Shown here one piece after another: positions 52,612-56,278 of a stretch of 56,278 bases of DNA (positions within the stretch are counted from its first letter, which is position 1; each line of letters opens with the position of its first letter). The position numbers were made by a program, and so were the translations under genes. Under the pieces are notes generated by a model. The model searched no databases. It saw nothing but the letters and a program-made list of their open reading frames with translations, and was not told the origin of the DNA. This DNA is from Octopus bimaculoides (Eukaryota): NCBI RefSeq assembly GCF_001194135.2, contig NC_068999.1, forward strand, positions 14,256,875 through 14,313,152, written 5' to 3'.

Positions 52612-54382
52612 NNNNNNNNNNNNNNNNNNNNNNNNNNNNNNNNNNNNNNNNNNNNNNNNNNNNNNNNNNNNNNNNNNNNNNNNNNNNNNNNNNNNNNNNN
52701 NNNNNNNNNNNNNNNNNNNNNNNNNNNNNNNNNNNNNNNNNNNNNNNNNNNNNNNNNNNNNNNNNNNNNNNNNNNNNNNNNNNNNNNNNNNCTTTCCATA
52801 TATATATATATGTCTGTATGTATGTATGTATGTATGTATGCATGTATGTATGTATATGCGTATGTATAATTGATATATACGTGTGTGGGCCTGTGTACGC
52901 ATGTTTATGTAACAAGCTGCCTTTGAAATCGATATAAATATATGAGCTTTAATCATTTGTAATCGAATGTACTGATCTTTATATGGAAAGTAACTAGTTT
53001 TAGTATGCACTATACTATTAGTATATATTCTGCTTTTATTGTTAGACAGGCTTCGAAAAAACCTTCCAAATTTTTACATCTATATAAACTCACAGGCATA
53101 CACATCCGACACACATGATAGCACACTTACACCTCCCCCGCACATACATATGCATAAACTTTAAATGCCTGTGAAGGAAAAAACCGGTGTTGCAAAATAC
53201 TCCTATTGCAGGAAAAAGATGCAATTCCTATTTCCTTCTCATTCATTAGTTATTATATGTATGCTTCTGCCTGCGCGTGTGTGTAAGTCAGTGTGTTTGT
53301 GGACGTTGTGAGCTTGTGTACTGACATATATCTTTATTGATTTAGCGCACAAATATCAAAATTGGTATATAACGAAGAGATAAACAAATAATACCTGCAG
53401 ACAGACAAGTAATCACATGGCGTTTCATAATTTTTTTTTTGGCTGTTATATATGTTGAATCTGCATTTATGCCGACATGAATTACGCTACGGTTTGTCGC
53501 GTATTATTTATTCCTTCCTAAATGCTAATTTACATAACATTCATACGTCCTCACGTGTGTAAACACATGTTTGTACAAATTCACGTCTGCAAACGTGTTC
53601 GAAAATCTGTGAAAACCTATATGCATGTCATTTTATAAATATTCTACTAATTATCTCTCCAGTGAATTGAGGACATCTTTCTCTTGATCTACATTCACGT
53701 GGGTCTATGTTTCTGCTGGCGGTTATGTGTTTTCACCTATAGAATACGTGTCTGTTTGTACGAGCTTTTCTGAAGGTAAACACTTGCAAATTATCACGAG
53801 AATAACATTAGCATTCAAATAGACATTTCTTCGGTATATGATTAAAGGGATGTTAGTGTGAACTGCTATGGCAACTAGAAAGTCTACACATGCTTTCCAA
53901 AGATATAAAACCGTATTTTTACATGGATACCTTCACTAAAGTAAGACGCAACAAAACAGTTATAGCATTTTTTCTGATATTCTATACAATATTAACATTT
54001 ATCATTAGAAAATATTAGAATCAGCAGTTGATTGTGATAAATTTTCTGTATTTATACCATATCAATCAGCTCATAGTTTGAGGTGATGTATTCGGGGAAT
54101 CATTATAAATGCTGAATCAATTTGCGTTGTGGTATCTAATATGGTGCTTTACACACAGATTTCTTATGATTCGAATATTAAATTCGCTTTTCATATATAG
54201 GACGACAATTAAATATATTAGCAATTTGGTGTAGTGGATTGGCGGAAAGTTTTGAGAATCAAGTACTAGCCGTGCAATGCTAGTGAACATTATAATGGTG
54301 TGCGTTTATATACTAGCGATGTCACCTCAGCACTTTGTCCTCCGAGGACATTGCAACATAATACTCTCACTTTTATCGACAG

Positions 54383-54494
54383 CTCTCTTCGTTTGCAATT
54401 CTGCTTGAACGTGTTTGGAAAATTCTTGTGTAATGAGAAGTTCAACGGAGACATGGTGCATATTGGTTCTGCTATACGTGATTTCGAGTGGTGA
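54383..54494 (+). CDS. Weak candidate terminal exon (SLRLQFCLNVFGKFLCNEKFNGDMVHIGSAIRDFEW*)
   Basis: CTCTCACTTTTATCGACAG acceptor and protein-like open frame; no recognised homology and no clear nearby AATAAA. Confidence 0.2.
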
Positions 54495-54729
54495 TTGGGA
54501 CATGAGATGTTTATTAGATACTAATATATAGAAATCAACGTTTTGAAGAAAGGAGAAAGAAATCGTAGATAAGTTACTTTGTATATGACATTTCTGAAAA
54601 CACAAGAATTGCTAAAATAACATCCAATAGACCTGCTGCCGTTTAAACAGAAGATATTTTTAGCTCCTCCGCCCTTTTTAATTAGAGTGTGGTTGTTGGT
54701 GTTGTTGGTATTTTACTTGCTGTTGATGT

Positions 54730-54768
54730 AGCAGCAGCAGCAGCAGATGCAGTAGTAGTAGTAGTAGC

Positions 54769-54812
<44 letters not shown>

Positions 54813-54878
54813 AGCAGCAGCATTAGTAGTAGTAGTAGAGCAGCAGCATTAGTAGTAGTTCTAGTAGTAACAGCAGCG

Positions 54879-54928
<50 letters not shown>

Positions 54929-54967
54929 TGTAGTTGTACTAGTAGTAGTAGTAGTAGTAGTAGTAGT
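54730..54967. repeat. (GCA)n/(GTA)n compound microsatellite
   Basis: Directly visible. Confidence 0.95.
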
Positions 54968-55417
54968 TTACTTCGTCGTTGTCTATAAACAAATTTGATT
55001 TTTTTAAAGAATCATTCACTTGATGCTGTATTAGATTTAGCACACCATCATCTGACATTAGAATTACGAAATTCCCATAGCTGTGAGAGGATTGAATAAC
55101 ATTAAACATCACGTGATAACATACATATGTTAATATACATCATGACAAAATGCCAACCGATTTCAACTACGAAGACATGAGTGGAAGAATTTGGAGTGGA
55201 AGTGGGAAACAACGCAAAAAGAACAAAACTAGCATTATAAGAGTCACTTCTCCACAAATTCCATATATGAGGTCAGATAACACGTTCTTCCGTACATTGT
55301 AACGTATTCTAACATAGCTACCGTGCTAATATAGGCAAAATTGTGTAAAACTATGTAAGTGTGGAATTATAACGATCTTACATATAGGAACATACGTGTT
55401 TCTTGGTTTCAATTGCG

Positions 55418-55521
55418 GACATACCCATGGTACAGACTAGACATGGTACAGACTAGACATGGTACAGACTAGACATGGTACAGGCTAGACATGGTAAAGA
55501 CTAGACATACCCATGGTACAG
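55418..55521. repeat. 16-bp minisatellite CATGGTACAGACTAGA x5
   Basis: Units at 55426-55505, bounded by direct repeat GACATACCCATGGTACAG. Confidence 0.93.
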
Positions 55522-56278
55522 TGTCAGCCATAAACAATTCTCAATAATCTCTTTTCTTATGTTCTTATTTTGTTTTCTTTCTTCATTCTGTATGTTTTCC
55601 TTTTATTGTTTCAGTAATCAGACTGCAGCCATGCCGAGGTACTGCCTTGACGAATTACATGACAAGGAATCAACATGAGTACACTTTTTTACCTTTGGCT
55701 CTTAACCAAGCGATCTCTTCTGCCAAGCGTTAGATTACAGGACTTAAACAGATAATAGTTAAATCACTATTTCTTTATGAGTTCCAATTCCGTCGTTTGT
55801 CATGCGACACATTAACTTTTATCTCTTCCTTCTGTGTTCTTCCCTGGAAGCCTTACTCAATCTCTATTTTTAACAAAAGAAAATTGGCAATCATTTTCCT
55901 TTCGGTGTTCCTTTGTGCATTCAAATATTAGGTCTATTCATTTTTTGAAGATAAATTCCACTATCTGGCTCAGTCAGGAAATCAAGGATATCATCCATTC
56001 GACTAAAACGATTATATATTCATATAAGGTATTTATATATACCTTCATAAGGGTGAATGTGTCAGGTTCTGTGCATGCCTAAGATTTTGTGATTATATGC
56101 ACATTAATATAAATTTATGTGATATTCAAATATATATTCTCGCTTGAAAGCTACAGATAATGCTTATCTACTACCTGAAGTCGACTGGATATCATCATCT
56201 TTTTTTCTGAAGTATAGAGCCATATATAACTTCGCTGAGTATTTGCAATGGTATATATATATATATATATATATATAT

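Noticed and set aside
55418-55521. CRISPR-like array
   Set aside because: 16-bp units are directly adjacent with no spacers, in eukaryotic context; it is a minisatellite

Overview
Non-prokaryotic, AT-rich, microsatellite-saturated draft-assembly sequence with 15 N-gaps, most flanked by simple repeats. The interspersed-repeat complement and composition resemble octopod cephalopod (Octopus-like) DNA; this is inferred from recalled repeat families and was not checked against a database. No intact long protein-coding ORF is present, and almost all listed ORFs are microsatellite or gap artefacts. Supportable content: two near-full-length decayed mariner (DD34D-type) elements, a 5'-truncated Tc1 remnant, fragments of restriction-like-endonuclease LINEs (R4/Dong-like, HERO/NeSL-like), an L1/Tx1-like RT scrap, a Penelope-like GIY-YIG fragment, at least three tRNA-type SINE families, and several candidate spliced exons (best: 27532-27707, +) of an unidentified large-intron gene. 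The most interesting structures are a 90-bp-arm fold-back made of serial mini-palindromes with a third copy about 2.2 kb away, a tRNA-headed element with an inverted A-box that carries a mutated minimal hammerhead ribozyme, (TAA)n-embedded LINE pieces, and inverted SINE pairs that could form dsRNA. No CRISPR, rRNA or true tRNA gene was seen, and I cannot claim a new biological system from this window.
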